NCBI GenBank assembly: GCA_963736435.1
Contig: CAVTOV010000004.1
Span: 133,200 to 197,199, forward strand
Length of the DNA: 64,000 bases
Source: an uncultured Alphaproteobacteria bacterium
GTDB lineage: Bacteria > Pseudomonadota > Alphaproteobacteria > Rhizobiales > Xanthobacteraceae
Reading direction: 5' to 3'
The stretch's first letter is position 1. The number at the start of each line of letters is the position of its first letter. Positions 1-8,401 of this stretch are shown piece by piece. The notes beneath the pieces were generated by a model. The model was given only the letters and a program-made list of their open reading frames with translations. It was not told where the DNA came from and made no database searches. A program made the translations under genes and the position numbers.

Positions 1-193
1 GGACGAGCGCCGCGGTGTAAGCCGAGGCCAGCCGGTCCTTGAGCCAATTGACCCGGAAATTGGCGACCGAGGGAACATAGATCAGCACTTCCGCGATCAT
101 CACGAACAGGATCGTGAGGACCAGGAGCTTCCCCGAAAGCCCGAAGCGCGACGGCCGGACCGATTCCGGAACCGCGGCGGTTTCATCAGTCAT
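1..193 (-). CDS. 5' part of a membrane protein gene that runs out of the window (possibly the N-terminus of a sensor histidine kinase)
   Basis: Reverse-strand ATG at 191-193. Hand translation is MTDETAAVPESVRPSRFGLSGKLLVLTILFVMIAEVLIYVPSVANFRVNWLKDRLASAYTAALV, with one clear TM helix. It lies 33 nt downstream of the stop of the 227..1732 gene on the same strand. The kinase idea is only a recollection of similar N-termini. Confidence 0.4.
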   Translation of the reverse strand, partial: MTDETAAVPESVRPSRFGLSGKLLVLTILFVMIAEVLIYVPSVANFRVNWLKDRLASAYTAALV

Positions 194-226
194 GTCAGAG
201 CCTTGCTGGCGTTTCGTGGCCGAAAT

Positions 227-1732
227 TCAACCAAAACGACGCAGCCACCCTATAATGCGACGCACCAAAGGAGACGTCAAACTCCGGGTGAAATAGGTCA
301 TGGCGGCGCGTTTTCCCACCTCGGCATAGGTCGGATACGGCACAATAACCCCGGCAATGGCTTCGATATTCAGTCTTTGGTTGATGGCAAGCGCCCAGGC
401 GGCGATGTTTTCGGCCGCTCCCGCGCCGACAATGGTCGCGCCCAGAATATCGCCGCGGCGATCGGTGACGATCTTGATGTGACCTTCGGTCGCGCCGGTC
501 GCCGCCGCGCGGCCATTCTCGCGGTAGGATGATCGCAGCACGCGGATGATGCCGGCCTGCGCCCGCGCCTCCTCCTCGATCAGGCCGGCCTGAGCCAGCT
601 CGGGATTGGTGTAGGTCACCCACGGCACCGACAGCCGGTCAGCCCGTACCGGCGTACGGAACAGCGCATGGCGGATCACGAGGCCGGCGTGATGATTGGC
701 CAGATGCGTGAACTGCGGCGCGCCGGTGACGTCGCCGATGGCATAGACCTGTTTGTTGCTGGTGCGCAGCCGGCGGTCGACAGTGATGCCGTTCAGGTCG
801 AAACGGATGCCGCCGGCATCGAGATCAAGATTGTCGAGGTTGGGGCGCCGTCCGGCCGCGATCAGTATATGCGTGCCCTCGATCGTCTCTTCGCGTCTTT
901 CTGGGTCGGTACCATGCGCAATATCGACGTGCAGTCGCGCCAGCGCCCGCCGCACGCGCAAGACTTCAACGCCGCTGCGGATGACAACGCCCTCGCGGCC
1001 GAGCGCATCGAGTACGATGTTGGAGCATTCGGTGTCATCGCCGGCGAGCGGCACCGCCGCCTCGAGCACGGTGACTTCCGCGCCGAGGCGGCGGAACGCT
1101 TGCGCGAATTCGAGCCCGGTCGCGCCGGCGCCGATGATGATCAGATGGCGCGGACACTCGGCAAGATCGAATACGGTGTCGTTGGTCAGGTAAGGCGCCT
1201 CCGCCAAGCCCGGGATCGGCGGCAATATCGGCGACGAGCCGGTGGCGATGACAAAGCGCCGCGCTTTAATGTCGAAGCCGTTGACTGCAACCGTCGCCGG
1301 ATCGGTAAATCGCCCCTCGCCGTCGACGATCCGCACGCCGAGACCATTGAAGCGCTCGCGCGAATCCTGCGGCGAGACCGCGGCAACGACGTCATGCACA
1401 TGCGCCCGTACCGCGGCGAAGTCGGCGCCAAAGCGCGCCGGGCTGGTAAAATGCGGGCTGGTAAGATGCTTGGCTCCGTTTCGCAGGATGCCATTGTGTG
1501 CGATTTGCGCGCGATCCGCCGCAGCGAGCAGGGCCTTGGACGGCAATACGCTGCCGGCGCCGCCCCTTTTGCCGTTTTCGATCAGCACCACGTTGACGCC
1601 GAATGCCGCCGCCGCGGACGCGGCCGAGAGCCCTCCGGCGCCACCGCCGATCACGCAAATATCCGGTCGGATCTCTTGTCGGGTTCCGTCTCGGGTTCCT
1701 TCTAGCGTTCCTTCACGGATTCCTTGGGTCAT
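227..1732 (-). CDS. FAD-dependent pyridine nucleotide-disulfide oxidoreductase family protein (dihydrolipoamide dehydrogenase / MerA-like fold)
   Basis: 501-aa ORF. N-terminal dinucleotide fold DICVIGGGAGGLSAA, a second Rossmann motif LIIIGAGATGLEFA, the motif VYAIGDV, and a C-terminal dimerisation region ..IVPYPTYAEVGKRAA. Confidence 0.8.
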   Translation of the reverse strand: MTQGIREGTLEGTRDGTRQEIRPDICVIGGGAGGLSAASAAAAFGVNVVLIENGKRGGAGSVLPSKALLAAADRAQIAHNGILRNGAKHLTSPHFTSPARFGADFAAVRAHVHDVVAAVSPQDSRERFNGLGVRIVDGEGRFTDPATVAVNGFDIKARRFVIATGSSPILPPIPGLAEAPYLTNDTVFDLAECPRHLIIIGAGATGLEFAQAFRRLGAEVTVLEAAVPLAGDDTECSNIVLDALGREGVVIRSGVEVLRVRRALARLHVDIAHGTDPERREETIEGTHILIAAGRRPNLDNLDLDAGGIRFDLNGITVDRRLRTSNKQVYAIGDVTGAPQFTHLANHHAGLVIRHALFRTPVRADRLSVPWVTYTNPELAQAGLIEEEARAQAGIIRVLRSSYRENGRAAATGATEGHIKIVTDRRGDILGATIVGAGAAENIAAWALAINQRLNIEAIAGVIVPYPTYAEVGKRAAMTYFTRSLTSPLVRRIIGWLRRFG

Positions 1733-1865
1733 CGGCCTGCCGGGAGTCTAAAGCTCTGTAACACCTATTCTATAGTCGCCACGCCCTGGCAATCCGGTTC
1801 CGGATTGCGGCCGGAATAGCGGCCGAAAGGAGAGAAAAGCGCCGTCAAATCGCGGCGAAGTCACG

Positions 1866-1894
1866 TTGACGAAGGATGCCCCCTCCCGTATAAG
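1866..1894 (+). promoter_or_regulatory. candidate sigma70-type promoter for rpmH-rnpA
   Basis: TTGACG (1866-1871), a 17-nt spacer, then TATAAG (1889-1894), about 90 nt upstream of the rpmH GTG. Confidence 0.45.
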
Positions 1895-1982
1895 CCGCGC
1901 CAATCGCGCCGCAGGAGCGGCGGGCCTGAGCCTGCCCAAAATTTAACCTTTTAAAGTCGCGTGCGCAGCGGAGATCGAAGCC

Positions 1983-2117
1983 GTGAAACGGACCTATCAG
2001 CCGAGCAAACTGGTGCGCAAACGGCGCCATGGTTTTCGCAGTCGGATGGCCACCAGGGGCGGTCAAAAGGTGATTGCGGCACGGCGCTCGCGTGGGCGCA
2101 AGAGGCTTAGCGCCTGA
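1983..2117 (+). CDS. rpmH: 50S ribosomal protein L34
   Basis: Hand-translated from the GTG at 1983: [44 protein letters not shown] (44 aa), with TGA at 2115-2117. This is the classical L34 sequence. It falls below the ORF-track size cutoff. Confidence 0.95.
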   Translation: MKRTYQPSKLVRKRRHGFRSRMATRGGQKVIAARRSRGRKRLSA

Positions 2118-2173
2118 TCGAGGGCTTGGACTGCGGGCGTAAGGCGTTCTGTTCTCGCCACTCCCCAATTCTT

Positions 2174-2218
2174 AGCCAAATCGATCTCAGCCAAGTCGAT
2201 CTCAGCCAAATCGACGCC
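2174..2218. repeat. 15-bp tandem repeat, 3 copies (AGCCAAATCGATCTC / AGCCAAGTCGATCTC / AGCCAAATCGACGCC)
   Basis: Read directly in the rpmH-rnpA spacer. Confidence 0.85.
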
Positions 2219-2230
2219 AAAGTCTGCATC

Positions 2231-2698
2231 ATGGAGCGCTTAAAACGCCGGACGGACTTTCGAGCAGCTGCGCAAGGTGCGCGGGCGCCGACCAAGGCCT
2301 TCGTCCTGCAGGTACGCAAGCGCGGCGGCGCCGACGAAGGTCAAACAGCCCGGCTCGGCTTCACCGTGTCGCGGCAGGTCGGCAATGCGGTCGAACGCAA
2401 CCGGGTGAAGCGGCGCTTGCGTGAGGCGGTTCGGCTGAGTGCCGACGATAAGTTTTGCGCCGGCCACGATTACGTGCTGATTGGCCGGCGGACGGCGCTG
2501 GCGCTGCCGTTTGGCGACATGCTCCACGATCTCGATGCGGCCTTGCGCCGGGTTCACGGCCAAGTTCGCAACCAAGTTCCTACCGATGCCGCTCGAACTG
2601 GTACCGGAAACGAGCGGTCCCCACATAGAGCGGGCTCGCCCGACCGCCGGCGGCAAAAACAGCCGCAGGAAAAGCGGCAACCACGCAACCCGTCATGA
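2231..2698 (+). CDS. rnpA: ribonuclease P protein component
   Basis: The in-frame ATG at 2231 gives MERLKRRTDFRAAAQGARAPTKAFVLQVRKR..GFTVSRQVGNAVERNRVKRRLREA.., which carries the RnpA motif. The position after rpmH is conserved. The product has a basic, low-complexity C-terminal tail about 35 aa longer than typical RnpA. The ORF-track start at 2126 would add the repeat-encoded SQIDLSQVDLSQID stretch and is less likely. Confidence 0.85.
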   Translation: MERLKRRTDFRAAAQGARAPTKAFVLQVRKRGGADEGQTARLGFTVSRQVGNAVERNRVKRRLREAVRLSADDKFCAGHDYVLIGRRTALALPFGDMLHDLDAALRRVHGQVRNQVPTDAARTGTGNERSPHRAGSPDRRRQKQPQEKRQPRNPS

Positions 2699-2753
2699 GC
2701 CGGTGATAATGGCGCTTGATACGCAACGGCACTTAGACTGAGCAGGGCATTTC

Positions 2754-4649
2754 ATGTTTCGCGAGCACAAGAACACTATCCTGGCCATCGTGCTGTCGCT
2801 GCTCGTCGTGGTCGGCTGGCAATATTTCGTCGGCTATCCGCAGATGGAGCGCCAGCGCCAGCAGGAAGTGCTCAAGCAGCAGGAACAGTCGCAAACCCAG
2901 CCCGGCGCCGCCAACAAAGCCGGCGCCGATCAGCCGATAAACGCGCAACCGAATGGGCTGCCCGGCACGCCGCCTGAAGCGCCGGGCCTGCCGAACGCGG
3001 CCGCCCCCTCGGCGCAGGCCCAAGTCGCCACCCGCGAGGCGGTGCTCGCCTCGACCCCCCGCATCGCCATCGACACGCCGCGGCTCGGCGGCTCGATCGA
3101 TCTCAAAGGCGGCCGCATCGACGACATCACGCTCACCCAATACCGCGAGACCATCGATCCCAATTCGCCGCCGATCGTGATGTTCTCGCCGTCCGGCGCG
3201 CCGGACGCCTATTACGCCGAATTCGGCTGGGTGCCCGCCTCCGGCACCACCGCCGCGCTGCCGGGTGCGGACACGGTGTGGCAGCAGCAAGGCTCGGGCA
3301 AGCTCGGCATCGATCATCCGGTGACGCTGACCTACGACAACGGTCAGGGCCTCGTCTTCACCCGCACCATCGCGGTCGACGACCATTATCTCTTCTCCAT
3401 CAGAGACCAGGTCGCGAACAAGGGCTCAAACGCGGTCACGCTATTCCCGTACGCTTTGGTTTCGCGCCACGGCGCGCCGAAAGTGCTCGGCTATTACATT
3501 CTGCACGAGGGTCTGATCGGCGTGATGGGCGATCAGGGGCTGCAGACCGAAACCTACAAAAAGATGGACGATAAGAAATCCCAGAGCTGGGACGTCACCA
3601 ACGCCTGGCTCGGCTTCACCGATAAATATTTCGCCGCAGCGCTCCTGCCCGACACCGATGCGCATGTCCGCGCGCGCTTCTCCGCCGCCGATACCGGCAC
3701 GGTGAAAAACTACCAGACCGATTATCTTCTCCAGCCGCAAACCATCGCCCCGGGCGGCACCGGCTCGGCCGATGCCCGGCTGTTCGCCGGTGCCAAGGAA
3801 GTCTCGGTCGTCGGCATCAACTTCCTCGGCGGCATCGACGGCGGCTACAATGCGGCGCTGGGCCTCAACCATTTCGATCTCGTGATCGATTGGGGCTGGT
3901 TCTACTTCATCACCAAGCCGATGTTCCTCGCCATCGACTACTTCTTCCACGTTGTCGGCAATTTCGGCATCGCCATCCTGATCGTCACCGTGCTGGTGAA
4001 GTTCCTGTTCTTCCCGCTCGCCAACAAATCTTACGCCTCGATGGCGAAGATGAAGGCGGTCCAGCCGCAGATGGCGATGATCAAGGAGCGCTTCGCCGAC
4101 GACAAGATGAAGCAGCAGCAGGCGATGATGGAGCTCTACAAAAAAGAGCAGATCAATCCGATCGCCGGCTGTCTGCCGATCGCCATCCAGATTCCGGTGT
4201 TCTTCTCGCTCTACAAAGTGCTGTTCATCACCATCGAAATGCGCCATGCGCCGTTCTATGGCTGGATTCACGATCTCTCGGCGCCGGATCCCACCAACAT
4301 TTTCACGCTCGGCGGATTGATACCCTTCGATCCGACCATCCTGCCGGTGATCGGCGGCTTCATGCATCTCGGCTTCTGGCCGGCCATCATGGGCGTGACC
4401 ATGTGGGTGCAGATGAAGCTCAATCCCGCGCCGCCCGATCCGACGCAGCAGATGATCTTCAACTGGATGCCGCTGATCTTCACCTTCATGCTGGCGAGCT
4501 TCCCGGCCGGCCTCGTCATCTATTGGGCCTGGAACAACTCGCTCTCAGTGCTGCAGCAGAGCGTGATCATGCATCGCAACGGCGCCAAGATTCAGTTGTG
4601 GGATAATCTCAAAGGCACGTTCATCAAACCGAAGGCGCCGGCGAAATAG
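2754..4649 (+). CDS. yidC: membrane protein insertase YidC
   Basis: 631 aa with an N-terminal TM helix, a large periplasmic domain and the conserved C-terminal core (..FPLANKSYASMAKMKAVQPQM..INPIAGCLPIAIQIPVFFSLYKVL..). Confidence 0.95.
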   Translation: MFREHKNTILAIVLSLLVVVGWQYFVGYPQMERQRQQEVLKQQEQSQTQPGAANKAGADQPINAQPNGLPGTPPEAPGLPNAAAPSAQAQVATREAVLASTPRIAIDTPRLGGSIDLKGGRIDDITLTQYRETIDPNSPPIVMFSPSGAPDAYYAEFGWVPASGTTAALPGADTVWQQQGSGKLGIDHPVTLTYDNGQGLVFTRTIAVDDHYLFSIRDQVANKGSNAVTLFPYALVSRHGAPKVLGYYILHEGLIGVMGDQGLQTETYKKMDDKKSQSWDVTNAWLGFTDKYFAAALLPDTDAHVRARFSAADTGTVKNYQTDYLLQPQTIAPGGTGSADARLFAGAKEVSVVGINFLGGIDGGYNAALGLNHFDLVIDWGWFYFITKPMFLAIDYFFHVVGNFGIAILIVTVLVKFLFFPLANKSYASMAKMKAVQPQMAMIKERFADDKMKQQQAMMELYKKEQINPIAGCLPIAIQIPVFFSLYKVLFITIEMRHAPFYGWIHDLSAPDPTNIFTLGGLIPFDPTILPVIGGFMHLGFWPAIMGVTMWVQMKLNPAPPDPTQQMIFNWMPLIFTFMLASFPAGLVIYWAWNNSLSVLQQSVIMHRNGAKIQLWDNLKGTFIKPKAPAK

Positions 4650-4874
4650 TTTTTCCGCCGGCGCCCAGTTCCTTCGCTATTGCCTGGCCTTTTCCGTCTT
4701 CGATACGCTGGTCTGAGCGCAAGACCGAGCCCATGCGGCTTGGCCCGCGTGCGAAGTTCGTGCCCACGGCTCCTAAAAACTTGTCACCTACCCGGCAAAC
4801 CGATGCTGTAGGCTGCGCCGAGGGCGCATCGCGCCTTCGACGATTTTGAGCGCGATGAGCGGCAGGGATTACGC

Positions 4875-5864
4875 ATGCGGATCATAGTTTGGGTGCTCGT
4901 CGTCCTGGTCGTCGTGATTTTGGCCGGATTCGCCGGCGTGTTGGCATTCGACGCCCCGGCGAAGCCGGAGCCTTTGGCCTCGATCAGCGCTCCTTTCGCC
5001 CATGTCGATTTCAGCGATCTGCCGCCGGTAAAGACCTATGCCGCGCGCGATGGCGCCGCGCTCGGCTATCGGACCTATGACGGCGGCGCCGGCCAAGGCG
5101 CCGAACTAGTGGTGGTGCTGATCCACGGCTCATCCGACAATGGCGCCGGCATGCATCCACTCGCCAAGGCGCTCCGCGACGCCGGCGCGTCGGTTTATGT
5201 GCCGGTGCTGCGCGGCCACGGTGTTTCCGGCCGCGTCGGCGATGTCGACTATATCGGCCAGCTCGAGGACGACCTCGCCGATTTCGTCAAGGTGCTGCGG
5301 CCGCTTCATCCCGATGCCAGCTTTTCACTGATCGGCTTTTCCTCGGGCGGTGGCTTCGTGCTGCGCGCGATTGCCGGGCCCGATGAGAAGCTGTTCGATC
5401 GCTTCATTATGATCTCGCCGGCCTTGCCGCCGGGCGCACCGACCATTCGCCCGGACACCGGCGGCTGGGTCGCGGTGGCGAAGCCGCGCATTATCGCGCT
5501 CGTGCTGCTCAATCGTCTCGGCATCCACCGCTTCAACGGACTTCCGATCGTCGCGTTCGCAACCTCGCCGCAGGTGCCCGATCTGACCAGTTTCTATTCG
5601 TTCCGGCTCGCGGTCGATTTCGGCGCGCCGCGCGATTATCTGGCGGCGCTCAGCCGCAGCACGAAACCGGCGGCTCTCCTGGTCGGCGGCAGCGACGAGG
5701 TGTTTTATCCCGAGCAATTCGCGCCCTTGTTCAAGCCGGCCCGGCCCGATCTGCCGGTCACGATAGTGCCCGGCGTCGGCCATATCGGCATGACGGTATC
5801 GCCTGAGGGCATCGCCGCGGTCCGCAAATCCTTCGTGGACCTGACCGCACCCGCGAAGGGCTAA
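4875..5864 (+). CDS. alpha/beta hydrolase, membrane-anchored
   Basis: 329 aa with an N-terminal TM helix (IIVWVLVVLVVVILAGFAGVLAF), LIHGSSDNGAGMH, the nucleophile elbow GFSSGGG and a C-terminal GVGHIGM. Confidence 0.8.
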   Translation: MRIIVWVLVVLVVVILAGFAGVLAFDAPAKPEPLASISAPFAHVDFSDLPPVKTYAARDGAALGYRTYDGGAGQGAELVVVLIHGSSDNGAGMHPLAKALRDAGASVYVPVLRGHGVSGRVGDVDYIGQLEDDLADFVKVLRPLHPDASFSLIGFSSGGGFVLRAIAGPDEKLFDRFIMISPALPPGAPTIRPDTGGWVAVAKPRIIALVLLNRLGIHRFNGLPIVAFATSPQVPDLTSFYSFRLAVDFGAPRDYLAALSRSTKPAALLVGGSDEVFYPEQFAPLFKPARPDLPVTIVPGVGHIGMTVSPEGIAAVRKSFVDLTAPAKG

Positions 5865-5969
5865 GCATCTCCAGTCTGTAGGCCCCGGTTGATGCCTTGG
5901 AACGACCGTCGTCTCCGAAACGTTACCCATGGCTACAAATGCGTTAACGGGCGGCAGTGTCAAACTCCT

Positions 5970-6160
5970 GCGGTGCTCATCCTGGAGGATGAACCCTGGG
6001 TTTTACTGCCCGATCGAAACGATCGAGCCCGCGGGCTACGAGGTATCGAGACTGCGACGAGACGATCCGGATAGGAAAGCCGCCGACATTCAGATGCCGG
6101 GCTCGACGTTGGACTGAAATTCGCTATGCCATCGTAACGCCGCGCTCTTGGATCCCGCGC
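5970..6160 (+). pseudogene. decayed remnant of a response-regulator receiver domain
   Basis: Two different frames carry consecutive receiver-like pieces: VLILEDEPWV (frame of ORF 5889..6074), then PIETIEPAGYEV....AADIQMPGSTLD (frame of ORF 5929..6117). The region between GYEV and DIQMPG is too short, and stops follow. Confidence 0.4.
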
Positions 6161-6182
6161 TGCGCCTTAAAAAAGCAGATCC

Positions 6183-7406
6183 ATGCCCAATGTCGTGACT
6201 TTTTACCCGAATACCTCCGGATTCGTGGCCGAAATGCCCGAAGGCGGAATGCCGCCCGCAGATTTGACGGCGGAGGCATTGCGGCTTCGGGTCCGGCAGC
6301 AGGAGATTTTGGCGGAACTTGGCGTACTCGCCCTGCAAGGAACTCCTTTTGCCGAATTGCTCGATGTGACCGCTCGACGAACGGCCGACGGCCTGCAAGC
6401 CGAGTTCACCAAGGTTTTGGAATTTGTTCCGTCGGAAGGCCGCTTTCTGGTCCGGGCGGGTGTCGGCTGGGAGCCCGGCGTCGTCGGCTCAGCCACTATA
6501 GGCGCTGATCTTGCGTCGCCCGCCGGCTACGCCCTGCGCACCGGCAAGGCGGTGATCTCCAATCATCTCGAAAACGAAGAACGCTTCAGGACGCCGGAGC
6601 TGCTGCTGGGGCACGGCATTCGCCGCGCCATGAATGTGATCCTCCAGGGCGATGGCGGGCCTTACGGCGTCCTCGAAGTCGATAGCCGCTTCGACGGCGA
6701 ATTCTCCGCCCACGATATTTCCTTCTTGCAGGGGGCGGCCAACATCCTTGGCATGGCGATTTACCGGCAGCGCGCCGAGCGAGATCTGACCGCCGCCCTC
6801 GAGCGCCATCGGCTGTTGACGAAAGAGGTCAATCACCGAATCAACAACAGCCTGCAGATCGTCGCCAGCATGCTGCATCTGCAAACCACCACTACGCAGA
6901 ACGAGGAGGTGCGGCACGCGTTGCGCGACGCATCGAGCCGCATCGCGGCAATCGCGCGCGCGCATCAGCAGCTCTACGGCAGCGACCAAATCCATACCGT
7001 CGATCTCGCTGCCTATCTGGGCGACATCTGCAACGAACTCGGCAAGGCGATGCCGAACTGCAAGCTCCATGTCACGGCCGCGGCCGGACTTCATTGCGCC
7101 ACCGACACGGCCATCCCGATAGCGCTCCTGGTCAACGAGTTGATCACCAACAGCGCCAAATACGCCTATCCGGATGGCGGCTCCGAAGTGTGGCTCGATC
7201 TTGCGCGGTGCGGCGACACTATCTCGATTTCGGTCCGCGACCGGGGCGTCGGATTGCCCGAAGGTTTCGACCTTCATTCCGGCAAGCGCCTCGGCATGCG
7301 TCTTGTCACCGCACTGTCGTCGCAAGTGCACGCCGACGTGCAGGTCCGACGGCTGACGCCAGGGACCGAGTTTTTGCTGACAATTCCGGTCCCGGCGGCG
7401 AACTGA
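6183..7406 (+). CDS. GAF-domain sensor histidine kinase (HisKA_2/HWE-type)
   Basis: 407 aa. It has a GAF-like N-terminal half, the phospho-acceptor region EVNHRINNSLQIVASMLHLQ, and an ATPase domain (LVNELITNSAKYAY..SVRDRGVGLPEGFD..GMRLV). Confidence 0.85.
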   Translation: MPNVVTFYPNTSGFVAEMPEGGMPPADLTAEALRLRVRQQEILAELGVLALQGTPFAELLDVTARRTADGLQAEFTKVLEFVPSEGRFLVRAGVGWEPGVVGSATIGADLASPAGYALRTGKAVISNHLENEERFRTPELLLGHGIRRAMNVILQGDGGPYGVLEVDSRFDGEFSAHDISFLQGAANILGMAIYRQRAERDLTAALERHRLLTKEVNHRINNSLQIVASMLHLQTTTTQNEEVRHALRDASSRIAAIARAHQQLYGSDQIHTVDLAAYLGDICNELGKAMPNCKLHVTAAAGLHCATDTAIPIALLVNELITNSAKYAYPDGGSEVWLDLARCGDTISISVRDRGVGLPEGFDLHSGKRLGMRLVTALSSQVHADVQVRRLTPGTEFLLTIPVPAAN

Positions 7407-7572
7407 TTTCCCTTCGCGGCGTTTCCCGGGCAGCGCAGCACCATAAGCGCGTTCACGCGCGTCTTCGCACGCTATGGTGGGTGCGCTGCAGACCCGGGAC
7501 CTTCACAAGTGCCGTATCCCTACGCTGAGTACCGCCTTGTCTGATGCGACGTTGGCGTGAAGAACTAGACGT

Positions 7573-8013
7573 ATGACTGACCATACGCCTATGTCGAAGG
7601 TTTCCCGGCTTGAGGTCATTACGGCGGGTGCGCTGCGTCGTTGGACGTTGGCAGAGAAGAAGCGGATTGTCGCGGAGAGTTATAGCGCGCCACGGTTTGT
7701 ATCGGCTACGGCGCGACGGAATGGTTTGTCTGCGAGCCAATTGTTCACTTGGCGGCGGCTTGCCGGCGAGGGTCGCCTTGTCGAGGCTGGTGAAGCTACG
7801 ACGTTTGCGCCGGCTATTATCAGCGGCGAGCCTTTAACGAGCAGCCCACCGTCACCGCCGGCATGCCTTGAAGGTGGGGAGAATCCACCATCTCCGGTAG
7901 CGGCGCCGGGCCGGATAGAGATTGTGTTGACGCGCGGGCGTCGGGTGATCGTGGACACTGGCGTTGATGCGGCGGCGCTGGCGCGGGTTGTGGCCGTTCT
8001 GGAACGACCATGA
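7573..8013 (+). CDS. tnpA: IS66 family accessory protein TnpA (orf1)
   Basis: 146 aa. The ..RRWTLAEKKRIVAESY..GLSASQLFTWRR.. helix-turn-helix region is typical of IS66 orf1. An ATGA overlap joins it to the next ORF. Confidence 0.85.
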   Translation: MTDHTPMSKVSRLEVITAGALRRWTLAEKKRIVAESYSAPRFVSATARRNGLSASQLFTWRRLAGEGRLVEAGEATTFAPAIISGEPLTSSPPSPPACLEGGENPPSPVAAPGRIEIVLTRGRRVIVDTGVDAAALARVVAVLERP

Positions 8014-8357
8014 TCGCGGTTCCGAGCGGCGTGCGGGTCTGGCTGGCGACCGGCCACACCGATATGAGGAAGGGTTTTGCGAGCTTGTCGCTGCAGGTTC
8101 AGGAAGTGCTGCGGCGCGATCCGCTGAGCGGTCACCTGTTTTGCTTTCGTGGCCGCAGCGGCAATCTATTGAAGGTGATCTGGCACGACGGCCAGGGGGC
8201 CTGCCTGTTCGCGAAGCGGTTGGAACGGGGCCGGTTCTTGTGGCCGAACCCGGCCGACGGAGCGGTGACGATCTCCTCGGCGCAGCTCGGCTATCTGCTG
8301 TCCGGAATCGATTGGCGAAATCCGCAGGAAACGTGGCGGCCGACCTCGGTCGGATGA
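8010..8357 (+). CDS. tnpB: IS66 family accessory protein TnpB (orf2)
   Basis: 115 aa, MIAVPSGVRVWLATGHTDMRKGFASLSLQVQEVL..LFCFRGRSGNLLKVIWHDGQGACLFAKRLERGRFLWP. This is a textbook IS66 Orf2. Confidence 0.9.
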   Translation: MIAVPSGVRVWLATGHTDMRKGFASLSLQVQEVLRRDPLSGHLFCFRGRSGNLLKVIWHDGQGACLFAKRLERGRFLWPNPADGAVTISSAQLGYLLSGIDWRNPQETWRPTSVG

Positions 8358-8401
8358 TGGTTTTGCTTTGCAGTTGCTGACGAATATGATTCTCTTGCCG
8401 C

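Noticed and set aside
2126-2230. The longer rnpA start at 2126 suggested by the ORF track.
   Set aside because: The conserved RnpA N-terminus begins at MERLKRRTDF (2231). The extension overlaps the rpmH stop region and consists mostly of tandem-repeat translation.
4635-4668. A GGCGCCGGCG-N12-CGCCGGCGCC hairpin overlapping the yidC stop, considered as a terminator.
   Set aside because: There is no U-run and the loop is long. It could be a structural element, but the evidence for termination is weak.
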